A stretch of 64,000 bases of DNA, taken from NCBI GenBank assembly GCA_951406725.2, contig OX597819.1, forward strand, positions 6,386,001 to 6,450,000, given 5' to 3'. Made by a program: the position numbers and the translations under genes. The number at the start of each line of letters is the position of its first letter. Position 1 is the stretch's first letter. The notes below the pieces were generated by a model. That model made no database searches. It worked only from the letters and a program-made list of their open reading frames with translations, and was not told where the DNA came from. The stretch is from Octopus vulgaris (lineage: Eukaryota). Below, one piece after another: positions 14,190 to 25,874 of this stretch.

Positions 14190-14490
14190 TGCGACTATTT
14201 CCTCGTTGCATACATATGATTTTGGCACAGAAGCAGATGGAAGCAATATGGTCACAAGAAACTGTAGAAGGATGTCAGTAAACGGTTTATCGTATTTGTC
14301 CGTGAAGGTCGAGATGGCTACTCAAAACAGAACAAGAGTTAATGACGACAACTTGGACGGTGTGTGGTGGGTAGCAACAGGTCTTGTAAGGTGTGAATGC
14401 TTATTTCCAATGACAACAAGGAAGAAACCGGATATGATAGTATGGTGTGAGGAATCTAAGATAATACACCGTGTTGAATTAACTGTCCCG
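14190..14490 (+). pseudogene. Fragment of a restriction-like endonuclease (REL) non-LTR retrotransposon (HERO/NeSL-like)
   Basis: [27 protein letters not shown] resembles the RPD..W....ELTVPW motif of REL endonucleases. Confidence 0.55.
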
Positions 14491-14561
14491 TTTTCCCTCT
14501 CTTTCTCGGTTTTAACTTATTTTCGTGGTTCATGTTGTTTACTGTTAGTGATCTCCTGTAT

Positions 14562-14615
<54 letters not shown>

Positions 14616-14914
14616 GTATGTATGTATGTATATATACATATGTATATATATATATATATACAGACATATATATATATTGTTTATATTATGTATGTATGTA
14701 TGTATGTATGTATGTATGTATGTATGTATATATGCATGTATGTGTGTATGTGGGTGTGTGAATGTGTGGTTGCGTGCGCACGTATGTAAATTGAGGGAAT
14801 GACAGAGCGAGAGCTACTGAATTTTGTTACCAAGTCTTTAATATATATGTTATGACATGCCTTTATTCTTCACGAGCATGTGTATGGGCGCCTGTAAATA
14901 TATATATATATATA

Positions 14915-14985
14915 CCGGTCCGACGAACGGTAACGTGAAACTCAGAGTAACAGGTTTTGTTGAATTTTCTGCTGCTTTAAATAAA
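14915..14985 (+). ncRNA. Degenerate minimal hammerhead ribozyme plus AATAAA, inserted in (TA)n
   Basis: ccggt CCGACGA ACG gtaa CGT GAA ACTCaGAGT A acagg ... aataaa; U4C and one stem I mismatch. Confidence 0.6.
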
Positions 14986-15106
<121 letters not shown>

Positions 15107-15115
15107 CTACATCCA

Positions 15116-15152
<37 letters not shown>

Positions 15153-16494
15153 TTGAATATCGCAATATATGGTATTTTATACACAGATATATGTACATAC
15201 CATTTTCCACACCCATTCATTCCACTTACACATTCTTTTAAACACTTCGTCAGGAGATCTTTGATCACTTCATTGATAAAACTCGCTTTTATTTATTTAT
15301 ATATTTATTTATTGTTTGCTTACTGTCTGATTTCGCTGTAATGTTTATTATTTCTTTGCTGTCGGAACTAATGCAAGATTACAATTCAACAGCTAAAATT
15401 CTATTCCTACTTTCTCTTTGAACAACTTACCGAGTAAGAATGTAGCGTACAAGAGATTTCTATTAATCTTAAAAGCAATTAAACGCAATTACCAAGATAT
15501 TTTTTGTTAGATTTATAAAGTAAATATTTCACTGAATTTAGTCTATTTTATTCTGTCAGATTCTCAATGTAATTTGTCTCTCGTTTGCAATTATTGCTAA
15601 GATGTTCATTGTGTTGATAAGGTGTTGAAATTAACGAAGTTATACCCGTGTCTAAAATATCCGATCGTCCAGTATCCGTAGACATATTTTTGAACTCTTA
15701 GGGTGTTCCCTATTAGGTTCGACATCTGTAAGTCTAGCTTTTATATCCAGAAAAAAATTGGGGTTTTTTTTTCACCTCAAGAGCTGTATGATGATTACTC
15801 AAAGTCATGCAACTTCGCTCAGTTTTAGAAGGAACGGTAATTGACTTCATTGTAAAAGCAATCAAACTAAATATTTTCTGCAATTCCAAGACGGTCATTA
15901 TTATAATGAATTTTTAAATAGCTTTCCTGTCAAACATCATTTACAAACTATACAGCTAGATATCAAGTACTTTTCTATTTATTTTAAAAATACGTACGTG
16001 CAACAGAAAAATGACCCTTTACTCTATAATATATTTAACCAATAAGAAATTCAAACAGTATTAGGTCAACGTACTTACTATATCTAGGAGCATAATATTG
16101 CCATTTTTTTAAAGAAACAGGGAACTAAAGGAGAAAAAGGAAATTGGAATTTTGCTCACGTGATGTTTGTCGAGCCCTATAACTCATTTTATCAGTGAGT
16201 GAATTACATGTCTGAGACCTTTCAACAATATATTTAATAAGCTAATTAGATTATTTAATCAGTTTATTCATGTCATTTCGTTCAAAGCAACGTTAATCCT
16301 TCTAACAAATCAATAATTCGACAATTTCGATCCCTTAAATTTTTCTTTATTGTTTTACATGCCTGTGAAGTACATCCTTTTTGACATCTATTTTCTGCAC
16401 TTTTCGTTGGCACTACTCAAGATTAAGATTTATCTCGCCATCATAATCCTGACCTACATCACTATTTCGAAATTCATTGGATATCGGTTACGCT

Positions 16495-16555
16495 GTACGT
16501 ATGTATGTATGTATGTATGTATGCATGTATGTATGTATGTGTGTATGTATGTGTG

Positions 16556-16587
<32 letters not shown>

Positions 16588-16833
16588 TGTATGTATGTTT
16601 GCATGTATGTATGTATGTATGTGTGTATGTATGTATGTATGTACGTATGTATGTATGTTTGCATGTATGTATGTATGTATGTGTGTATGTATGTATGTAT
16701 GTATGTATGTATGTATGTATGTGTGTATGTATGTATGTATGTATGTACGTATGTATGTATGTATATTTGCATGTATGTAGGTATGTATGTGTGTATGTGT
16801 GTATGTATGTATGTATGTATGTATGTATGTATG

Positions 16834-16862
<29 letters not shown>
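16495..16862. repeat. (GTAT)n microsatellite
   Basis: Direct inspection. Confidence 0.95.
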
Positions 16863-16864
<2 letters not shown>

Positions 16865-17693
16865 TTTTGAAAATTACCAAGTTTAAATAGCAAAACCTAT
16901 TCATTTCAAATAAATGAATTTGATGAGTTAGCAGCGAAAGTTTAAATAAATGACTGAAAATGTTGCTTTATAGATACACTTTTTCAAAATTCCAAGTTTC
17001 GTTTTTGACACACCTACTTGCGGTGCTTGACTTTTCCTTCATTGTGAAAAGTACAATGAAGGAAGGAAGAGCGGGGTAAGCTTTTTCTTCTTGGAATGTG
17101 AGTTACATGTTTCAGAATGGCGAATAAGATAAGATGACAGAAAATTACAAAAAAGAAAAACTCATTTTTGTAGTCGTTGCTGTTCCAAAGCCATGATGAG
17201 AGTGAGTGTGTGTGTGTGTATGTGTATTATTGTGTGAGTTTACGTTTATGAATGTGTGTGTGTGTGTGTATGAGAGAGATAGGGGGAGAGGGCGGGGTAG
17301 GGATACCAACATTTAAAAGACAGATTTTTAAAATTCTTCTTTCAAAATGGCTGCCCTTCATTGTTTTGTAATACATGGAAAAAAAATAAAATACAGGGGG
17401 AACCCCGACAAAGACGGATAATTCAAACAGCCATTTCCGAAAGTCTGCTTTTCCAGTTTCTAGTATGTTTTCTTTACTTATTTGCTTTCAAAGACTCACT
17501 GAAATAAGTTTAGAAGTAGAAAAGTGTATGTGTGTGTTTGTCTATGTGTGTATACGTGCCTTTAACCGCTATTAGTCAAGTTCATTCATGCGTTGAAGGA
17601 AGGAATTTGGCCTAAAGTTTAAAATCTTAATATACATTTATACTTACACACACAAACTCATATACACTCACAAATACATACATACATTTTCAG

Positions 17694-17905
17694 GAGTGTT
17701 CTGTTGCATCATTTTCCACCCCAAAAGCAGCTATAATTCCCATGGGAATTATAAGTACTTTCGGACTGGCTATAAACTGTTTTCTGATTGAATTATTTGG
17801 TATATCAAAGGTGGCAATCGTAAAAGGAAAGTCATTACCTTTTTTAAGAAGTCAAGATACCTTTGTATATTTAAAGAGAGACGCTGCATGCCTGATTGTT
17901 GCGAG
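17694..17905 (+). CDS. Candidate host-gene exon (possible ATG at 17742), possibly the N-terminus of a secreted prepropeptide
   Basis: ttttcag acceptor ending at 17693; single open frame ECSVAS...MGIISTFGLAINCFLIELFG...LKRDAACLIVAR; AG|GTGGGG donor ending in phase 2. Confidence 0.45.
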
Positions 17906-18076
17906 GTGGGGTGGAAGGTTCCTGTATTGAGTGCTACATACCCTTCCTATGCACGGGGCAATTATCCCCTCCGTCCCCCATAAATCAGGCCCTGTATATA
18001 TATATGTATGTATATATGTATATATACATATATACATATATACATATACATATATATATATATATACATACATATA

Positions 18077-21000
18077 TATACCACCACTTGCCCCAAAGCG
18101 GAGGTACGCAGATGTTGTGCGTGCCACAAACCACCAACATGATGTTGTCGAAAGGGCAGCTGCTGAGCAACAATCTTTTTTTGTGCATGGCACAAAAGAT
18201 TGTACAGCAGCTGACCTGGCTTCATCAAACCCAAGCCCGCAGGTGGGACTACCCACTATATACCAGACCACCACAGCAAACAGACCCAGGATGGACACCA
18301 CCGGCAACAACGTACACCTCACCTCGATGCTCCTACTGAACATCAGAGGACTGCAAACACTCAGTAACAGGACAAAAATCCCGTTCCTGAGAGATTTTGT
18401 TGCATGCAATCAAGCCTTATGCATAGCACTAACGGAAACGCACCTGAAACCGGATATAGCAGATGCGGAGTTACACATACCACAGTATGCTGTACTACGG
18501 ACCGACAGGAAAGAAAGGAGTCATGGAGGTGTTGCTATGTACATCCGTGAGGACCTCACACCCCAGGTCCTCTTGTCATACTCAAACTCGGTGTGTGACA
18601 CACTAATTGTACATATTAGGCAACTTGATGTAGTTGTGTGTGCTACATATCGCCCTCCAGATGCCCAAGCCATGTGGGCAAGTTTGAAGACTGCCTTATA
18701 AAAATAGAAGAAGTTCTAACCACATTAGAACAACACATAAGTGTACTTCTTATGGGATACTTCAATCTGCCCAATGTCAGATGGCCCGAGGGCCTTTCTC
18801 TCCCAGGAATGACAAGATGTGAACGAGGACAGGCGAGGTCCCTCCTGAACCTCATCAACACCCTGTACATGGAGCAGGTAATAGTCCAACCAACCAGGGC
18901 AGGTAACACACTGGATCTCTGCTTCACAAATGACATGGATCTCATCCATAATGTGAAAGTGACACCGACACTACTCTCGGATCACAACATGATAGAGCTG
19001 ACCATGTACGGGCCAAAAGAGAGCACGGACATGCAGCCTACAAGAAACCCTCAGAATGTTTCCAGCTTGAACTACCATAAGGCAAACTGGAAACAAATTG
19101 AGAAAGAGATCCTCAAACAAAACTGGCCTAAATGTCTCTCCTCGCCAGACATCGACGTGAAACTTCAACAATTCATGTCTGTAATGCAAGCCATATGCTA
19201 CAAATGTGTCCCAGAGAGAAAGGCCACTGTACACAAGAACAAAATCCCCAGAGAGGAAAATTTTAATGAGACGGCGTACAAAATTTTCAAATCGCCTAAA
19301 CAAACAGATTGAAAGCAGTGAAAAGTCCCGCCTAAAAATAAAACTGTTGGAAATCGAAAAATGTCTGCAACTCTCCCATGAAAAGGAAAGAGCAGACAAA
19401 GAAGCCTGGGCTATAGACAACATAAAATCTAACCCCAGAGCTTTCTACAGGTATGCCAAAGAAACAGCTACGGTGCACTGTAGAATAGGGCCACTCCTCG
19501 AAAAGGATGGCACACTTACAGGAAAACCAATGAGGGTAAGTGAAATACTGAATGAGCAATTCAAGAGTGTTTTCACTCCACCCCTTGGGCATCTCCAAAT
19601 CACCAATCCAACTAACTTTTTTACCACTGCAGATATAAAATCAGAGGCGGCGACGATAGATTACATCGATATAAAGGAAGACGATGTAATTAAGGCTATA
19701 GATGAAATGAAAACAGACTCAGCTACTGGCCCCGATGGATTCCCGGCAATCCTCCTAAAAGCATGTAAGAGAGTCCTAGCAAGACCACTGCAGTTCCTCT
19801 TTCAGAGCTTCCTTGCAGCTGGCAAACTTCCAAGAAAACTGAAGGAAGGTAAAATATGCCCCATTCATAAAGGAGGTAGCAGAGCGGAAGCCAAGAACTA
19901 TAGACCTATCTCTCTGACCTCACACATCAGCAAGGTCATGGAACGAATAGTCAGAAGGAAGCTGATCACCTTCCTTGAAGAGAATGACTTGCTGCCCGAC
20001 ACCCAACATGGTTTCCGACCAGGGAGAAGCTATTTAACTCAGCACCTACAACACTATGACTGGGTGCTGAAACGGCTGCTCAACCACTCAAATGTGGAAG
20101 TGATATGTCTCGACTTTGCAAAGGCCTTTGATAAAGTCGATCATGGAATGATATGTCACAAACTGCGTGATCTCAACATAGTTGGAAAACTGGGAGAATG
20201 GCTTCATGACTTTCTGAAAGATAGAAGTCAGGTGGTAGTGGCCAATGGGGCCACTTCCATTAACACGCAAATAGTGAGCGGTGTTCCGCAGGGCACTGTT
20301 CTGGGACCACTACTGTTCATAATGGCCCTCTCAGACATGCCCTCAGCCATGCAGAGAGCCACGATCACAGGTTATGCAGATGATACAAAAGTTTCACAGG
20401 CAATACAGAACCCTGAGGACACTAAACACCTGCAATGTGAGCTAGACAAAATATACAAGTGGGCCGAAAAGAATAGCATGCAGTTCAATGCTGAAAAGTT
20501 TCAAGCTCTATACTATCAGCATGCAAATCTAAATGCAATACCCAATGAATACACTGGACCCGGAGGAATAGCAATCCCAGAGGCACAATCAGTGCGTGAC
20601 CTAGGTATTTACATGAGTGATGACGCGACCTTTCGTGTACATGTTGCTAAATTGGCAATGAAATGTAGACGACTGGCCGGATGGATCCTCGGAACCTTTA
20701 GAACAAGAGAACAAGAAACCATGATGGTCCTCTGGAGGACACTTGTCCTAAGCCACTTTGACTACTGCTCTCAGTTATGGTCACCATCCAGTGTCAAGTT
20801 GATCACAGAGCTCGAGGCGATCCAACGTAGCTACACGAAGAAGATAGCCTCTATGCAGAATGTAAGCTACTGGGAAAGACTCAAGAGATTAAAACTATAT
20901 TCCCTGGAGCGTAGGCGGGAAAGATATGCCATAATATACATCTGGAAGATCCTGGAGGGACGTGTCCTGAACTTTGGCATCGAGAGTTACGCAAATGCCA

Positions 21001-21375
21001 GAACTGGGCGCCACTGCGTGGTGCCTAGGACTCCAAACTTGCCATCAAGATGTAGGACAAGATTCTGTGATAGCCTGGGCTTCCGAGGCCCACAGCTCTT
21101 CAATATCCTCCCGAAGAACCTGAGAGACCTGCATGGGGTGGATGCAGATGTCTTTAAAATGAAGCTGGATCTCTTCCTGTCAGGTGTTCCAGATGAACCA
21201 ACTTCACGGCAGGAGGGGCAGATGAGGGCAGCTGCATCGAACTCTCTCATGCACCAAATGGCAGTTGTTAGAAAGCTTTCGTGAAGTGAAACCAAGTAGC
21301 AACACCAAATTGCGGTGCCCCAGCATGGCCACAGCTCATAAGCTGAAACTAGAATCAATCAATCAATCAATCAAT
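18077..21375 (+). mobile_element. CR1/L2-group LINE, 5'-truncated; ORF2 (APE endonuclease + RT) broken by two frameshifts; (ATCA)n tail
   Basis: APE motifs LLNIRGL, LTETHL, HGGVAMYI, YRPP, G[Y]FNLP, PTRAGNTLDL, SDH; RT motifs QHGFRPGRS, DFAKAFDKVDH, GVPQGTVLGPLLF, YADD; C-terminal ERRRERY..IWKIL; frameshifts near 18680 and 19255. Confidence 0.93.
19206..21284 (+). pseudogene. LINE ORF2 reverse transcriptase portion (692-aa uninterrupted frame)
   Basis: Complete non-LTR RT motif set including YADD. Confidence 0.92.
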
Positions 21376-21474
21376 ACATATTATATATATGTATGTATTT
21401 ATATACACACGCACACACACACACGCACACACACATATATATATATATATATATGAAATTATATTTTTTATTCT

Positions 21475-21532
21475 CGGGTATCGAAACCGCGATCCTCCGA
21501 CCGCAAGTACGCTGCCCTAACCACTGGGCCAT
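21475..21532 (-). mobile_element. SINE family C head fragment
   Basis: Reverse complement of atggcccagtggttagggcagcg..ggatcgcggtttcgat. Confidence 0.75.
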
Positions 21533-21676
21533 AAAACAAGAGGAATTATTTATTGGGTTGAAATAAGTCTCAATATTATTCCTTTCCTTTCTTTCCAGTT
21601 TCCATTCATATTCTCGTCTCTTCTCACTCCCGCATCAGACAGCCATTACTTTTACGGAGCTGGAAGCTTGTTGTTC

Positions 21677-21751
<75 letters not shown>

Positions 21752-22411
21752 CATGTATGTATGTATGTATGTATGTATGTTAGTATGTATGCATGTATGT
21801 ATGCATGTATGTATGCATGTATGTATGCATGCATGTATGTATGTATGTATGTATGTATGCATGTATGTATGCATGTATGTATGCATGTATGTATGTATGT
21901 TAGTATGTATGAATGTATGTATGTATGTATGTTAGTATGTATGTATGTATGTATGTATGTATGCATGCATGTATGTATGTATGTATGTTAGTATGTATGC
22001 ATGTATGTATGCATGTATGTATGCATGTATGTATGCATGCATGTATGTATGTATGTATGTATGCATGTATGTATGCATGTATGTATGCATGTATGTATGT
22101 ATGTTAGTATGTATGAATGTATGTATGTATGTTAGTATGTATGTATGTATGTATGTATGTATGCATGCATGTATGTATGTATGTATGTTAGTATGTATGC
22201 ATGTATGTATGCATGTATGTATGCATGTATGTATGCATGCATGTATGTATGTATGTATGTATGTATGTATGCATGCATGTATGTATGTATGTATGTATGT
22301 ATGTATGTTAGTATGTATGTATGTATGTATGTATGTATGTATGTATGTATGTATGTATGTATGTATGTATGTATGTATGTATGTATGTATGTATGTATGT
22401 ATGTTAGTATG

Positions 22412-22445
<34 letters not shown>

Positions 22446-22479
22446 TGTATGTATGTATGTATGTATGTATGTTAGTATG

Positions 22480-22512
<33 letters not shown>

Positions 22513-22583
22513 TAGTATGTATATATGTATGTATGTATGCATGCATGTATGTATGTATGTATGTATGTATGTATGTTAGTATG

Positions 22584-22617
<34 letters not shown>

Positions 22618-22855
22618 TGTATGTATGTATGTATGTATGTATGTATGTATGTATGTATGTATGCATGTATGTATGTATTTATTTGTGTACGTATGTATTT
22701 GTGTGTCTGTGTTTATGTCTCCGTAATTTACCCGTTCGGCCAAAGAGACCGATAGAATAAGTACTAGGCTTACGAAGAATAAGTCTCGGTTTGTTCGACT
22801 AAAGGCGGTGCACCACATGGCCTCACTCAAATGATTGAAGTAAAAGAATAAAATA
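21677..22855 (+). repeat. ~1-kb compound (TA)/(TG)/(TATG)n microsatellite running into the 3' half of a SINE family B copy
   Basis: TATG units with recurring TTAG and GCAT variants; SINE B tail at ~22715-22855. Confidence 0.9.
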
Positions 22856-22960
22856 GTAAAAGATTATACACACACAAACATACACACACATAAACATACA
22901 CACAAACACACACACACAAACACAAACACACACACAAACACACACACACATATTTATATA

Positions 22961-23010
22961 CTAGCTGTTGGACTCGGCGTTGCTCGCGTTTTCCGTGTTG
23001 AAGTCAAGCC
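22961..23010 (-). mobile_element. Helitron-type 3' end
   Basis: Minus strand cgcgagcaacgccgagtccaacagCTAG|T resembles the 3' end of the element at 33074-33469. Confidence 0.6.
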
Positions 23011-23698
23011 CACATCTGACCTAGTAGTGACATCTACGTTCCCCGTGCCAAGTATTACTCATTAAGATGTTATGTCTGGTTCGGCAAGGACTTTATCCGA
23101 TTAACACTTTCGACTTACACCTGCATACTGGACCGTCTGAAATCGCAGCCAAACTTTTGGGACTACATCGACCCGTTAAGAGTGATGTTTGTTTATTTCT
23201 CTCCCCTCAATGCCCTCTGTACAAAATTGATGCGCATGTCCAATGTCAACAATATGTTTTTGGATAATTTTCGGTTAAAAGTTGGCGGTTTTTATTGTAG
23301 CCAACGATCGGACTGCGTTTGCGCAGTAAAATTTGAAATGTTAGTTCGTATGAACACGAGACAAGTAGCCTTGTTTGTCTCCTGTTGAATATGTTTAACC
23401 CTATGTTGGACCTTGCTGAAAAAGATCAGACCTTGTGAGTTCCCCCTGACTCGCTAAAAGAAAATCAGAAACCAATTGGTCCAGGGTGCTAGATGGTAAA
23501 TGTTTTTCATTTCCAAATTTATTCCTGTCGAATTTTATCCGTTATTTTTGTGGTTTACAGAACCTAGCTGTTCTTTCTAATGTGTATTCCTTATATGTAT
23601 AAATATGTACTATATCGTATGACTAATATATAGTCTTCTTGACTAATTTTTTTTGCACGTTAGACCACTGGAAATGTAAATTTTGATATGGTTATATA

Positions 23699-23755
<57 letters not shown>

Positions 23756-23981
23756 GAAATATTAAAATTACTAAGTCTCTCTAAAAGAGAACAGCGGCAG
23801 CGTTCCCGGAAAATAATAGTTATCGCCATACTAATATGGCATTCTTATAAAAATAAGAAAAAAGTTGTCCGCTTATTAGCTCCATGAGGCCATCGCCTTA
23901 AGTTAGCTATTTGATACACAAACTGTATCCATATAACCTTCGAACAAGGGAGGTCAGTCGCTCCACACTACTTGACCGGCA

Positions 23982-24023
23982 GCTACAGACGCGTTTCGGA
24001 GTATTGCCCCTTTTCAATGCAGC
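23982..24023 (-). ncRNA. Type I hammerhead ribozyme (U3-A8 variant)
   Basis: gctgca TTGAAAA GGGG caata CTCC GAA ACGCGT C tgtagc; stem I extends as tggctggc/gccggtca. Confidence 0.85.
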
Positions 24024-24343
24024 GCAGCCAGCCAGTAGGTGTCGCTTCCGACAATCTCTGTTCGATGGTTTTATTTACCTAGTTTCGGTGGAATACATCC
24101 ACTTGTTTTCAATAATAGAAATATTAAAATTACTAAGTCTCTCTAAAAGAGAACAGCGGCAGCGTTCCCGGAAAATAATAGTTATCGCCATACTAATATG
24201 GCATTCTTATAAAAATAAGAAAAAAGCTGTCCGCTTATTAGCTCCATGAGGCCATCGCCTTAAGTTAGCTATTTGATACACAAACTGTATCCATATAACC
24301 TTCGAACAAGAGAGGTCAGTCGCTCCACACTACTTGACCGGCA

Positions 24344-24385
24344 GCTACAGACGCGTTTCGGAGTATTGCCCCTTATCAATGCAGC
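24344..24385 (-). ncRNA. Type I hammerhead ribozyme (U3-A8 variant)
   Basis: gctgca TTGATAA GGGG caata CTCC GAA ACGCGT C tgtagc. Confidence 0.85.
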
Positions 24386-24489
24386 GTAGCCAGCCAGTAG
24401 GTGTCGCTTCCGACAATCTCTGTTCGATGGTTTTATTTACTTAGTTTCGGTGGAATACATCCACTTGTTTTCAATAATAGAAATATGTA

Positions 24490-24850
24490 AACAACGAGAA
24501 AAAAATAGAAAACAGTTCACACAGGAAAAGGACCCTTCATCAGTTGTCGGCTGTCTATCAACTCCTCATTTCGAGCATACGATGAAAATATGAATCTTCA
24601 ATGACAATTGCTCCCATAAATTTTTAAATAAAATTTAGTATTTTGGTGGGTCAATGAATCATATTATCGTTCAATGTTCGAAATGAGAAGTAGATAGACA
24701 GCTGACAACTGACGAAGAGTCCTTTTTCTGTGTTAAGTTGTCCTGTTTTCCATTTTTTTCTCGTGTGTACTTATTTTACTCCCTTTTTCCTCGTTTGTTT
24801 ACGTATTTCATGTTATTTGCACCGGTGGTGACGTTCTGTACCCATTTATG
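24490..24850. repeat. Imperfect inverted repeat pair of a (TA)n-associated element
   Basis: 24525-24580 is the approximate reverse complement of 24670-24732. Confidence 0.7.
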
Positions 24851-24854
24851 TATG

Positions 24855-24906
<52 letters not shown>

Positions 24907-24919
24907 CATACATACATAT

Positions 24920-25215
24920 ATATAAAAATTTGAAAAAAAACACCTTTTATCAATTCAAAATGAACAATTAAATTACACCATCTAGAAAATTATATATAAT
25001 AAAAATATTAAAATTAAAATAACAATAATATACCAATGATCAATTAAATTGCAAAATAATAATAAAAACGTATATATTTGTCAAATTTACTTAATCATCG
25101 GTATATTATTGTTATTTTAATTTTAATATTTCTATTATATGCAATTTTCTAAATGATGTAATTTAATTGTTCAATTTGAATTGATAAAAGGTGGTTTTTT
25201 TCTAATTTTTATATA
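24920..25215. repeat. AT-rich ~120-bp imperfect inverted repeat between (TA)n runs
   Basis: caccttttatcaattcaaaatgaacaattaaattac.. versus ..gtaatttaattgttcaatttgaattgataaaaggtgg. Confidence 0.8.
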
Positions 25216-25305
25216 TATAGACATTATGTTTTGTGAAACTTGATTTAGTATTTCTCAATTGAATTTTTCCCTGTAAGTTAGGAATAATATTCCATCAAAT
25301 AATAA

Positions 25306-25393
<88 letters not shown>

Positions 25394-25422
25394 TGTATGT
25401 ATGTATGTATGTATGTATATAC

Positions 25423-25453
<31 letters not shown>

Positions 25454-25702
25454 AATGTATAGGTATATATGTATATATATTTATATATGTAAACAAAGAG
25501 AGAGAAGAGAGAAGAGAGAGAGGATATATTGGTAAACGATGCACCATTTCTTTGTTGATTCTGTTATCTATAATCCTTAATTCCACATATATTTTCTTTC
25601 TTTTAAATTCTTTAAATGTGTCACTATATCAATTATTTGCTGTTTGACATTCATTCTTTCGAATACAGTCAAACTTAGTTCTAATGCTTTTTTTAAAACT
25701 AG

Positions 25703-25874
25703 GTATGATTATATTCACAACTACCGTCTTCACACAATACTGCAGAAAATGCTTAGAGAAGAATCTAAACCCGGTAAGAAGCCACGGTCTGATTTGCCAA
25801 ATAGTGTTATTGAACAAATACGCCAAACAAATGACGCAGTTTTGACGTCACATGATGTACAGGGAGTCATCTGA
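25703..25874 (+). CDS. Candidate terminal coding exon of the same host gene
   Basis: ttctaat branch-like motif and T-tract before the AG at 25701-25702; phase 2 start gives (R)YDYIHNYRLHTILQKMLREESKPGKKPRSDLP...HDVQGVI*; AATAAA near 26293. Confidence 0.5.

Larger units (their letters stand above)
23751..24486 (-). mobile_element. Tandem 362-bp repeat (two units) with one hammerhead per unit; retrozyme-like
   Basis: Unit starts at 23751, 24113 and 24475; abuts (TA)n; hammerheads at 23982-24023 and 24344-24385. Confidence 0.85.

Noticed and set aside
24525-24730. GAAA...CTGATGA/CTGACGA as a type II hammerhead
   Set aside because: No convincing stem III, NUH site or stem II could be built.
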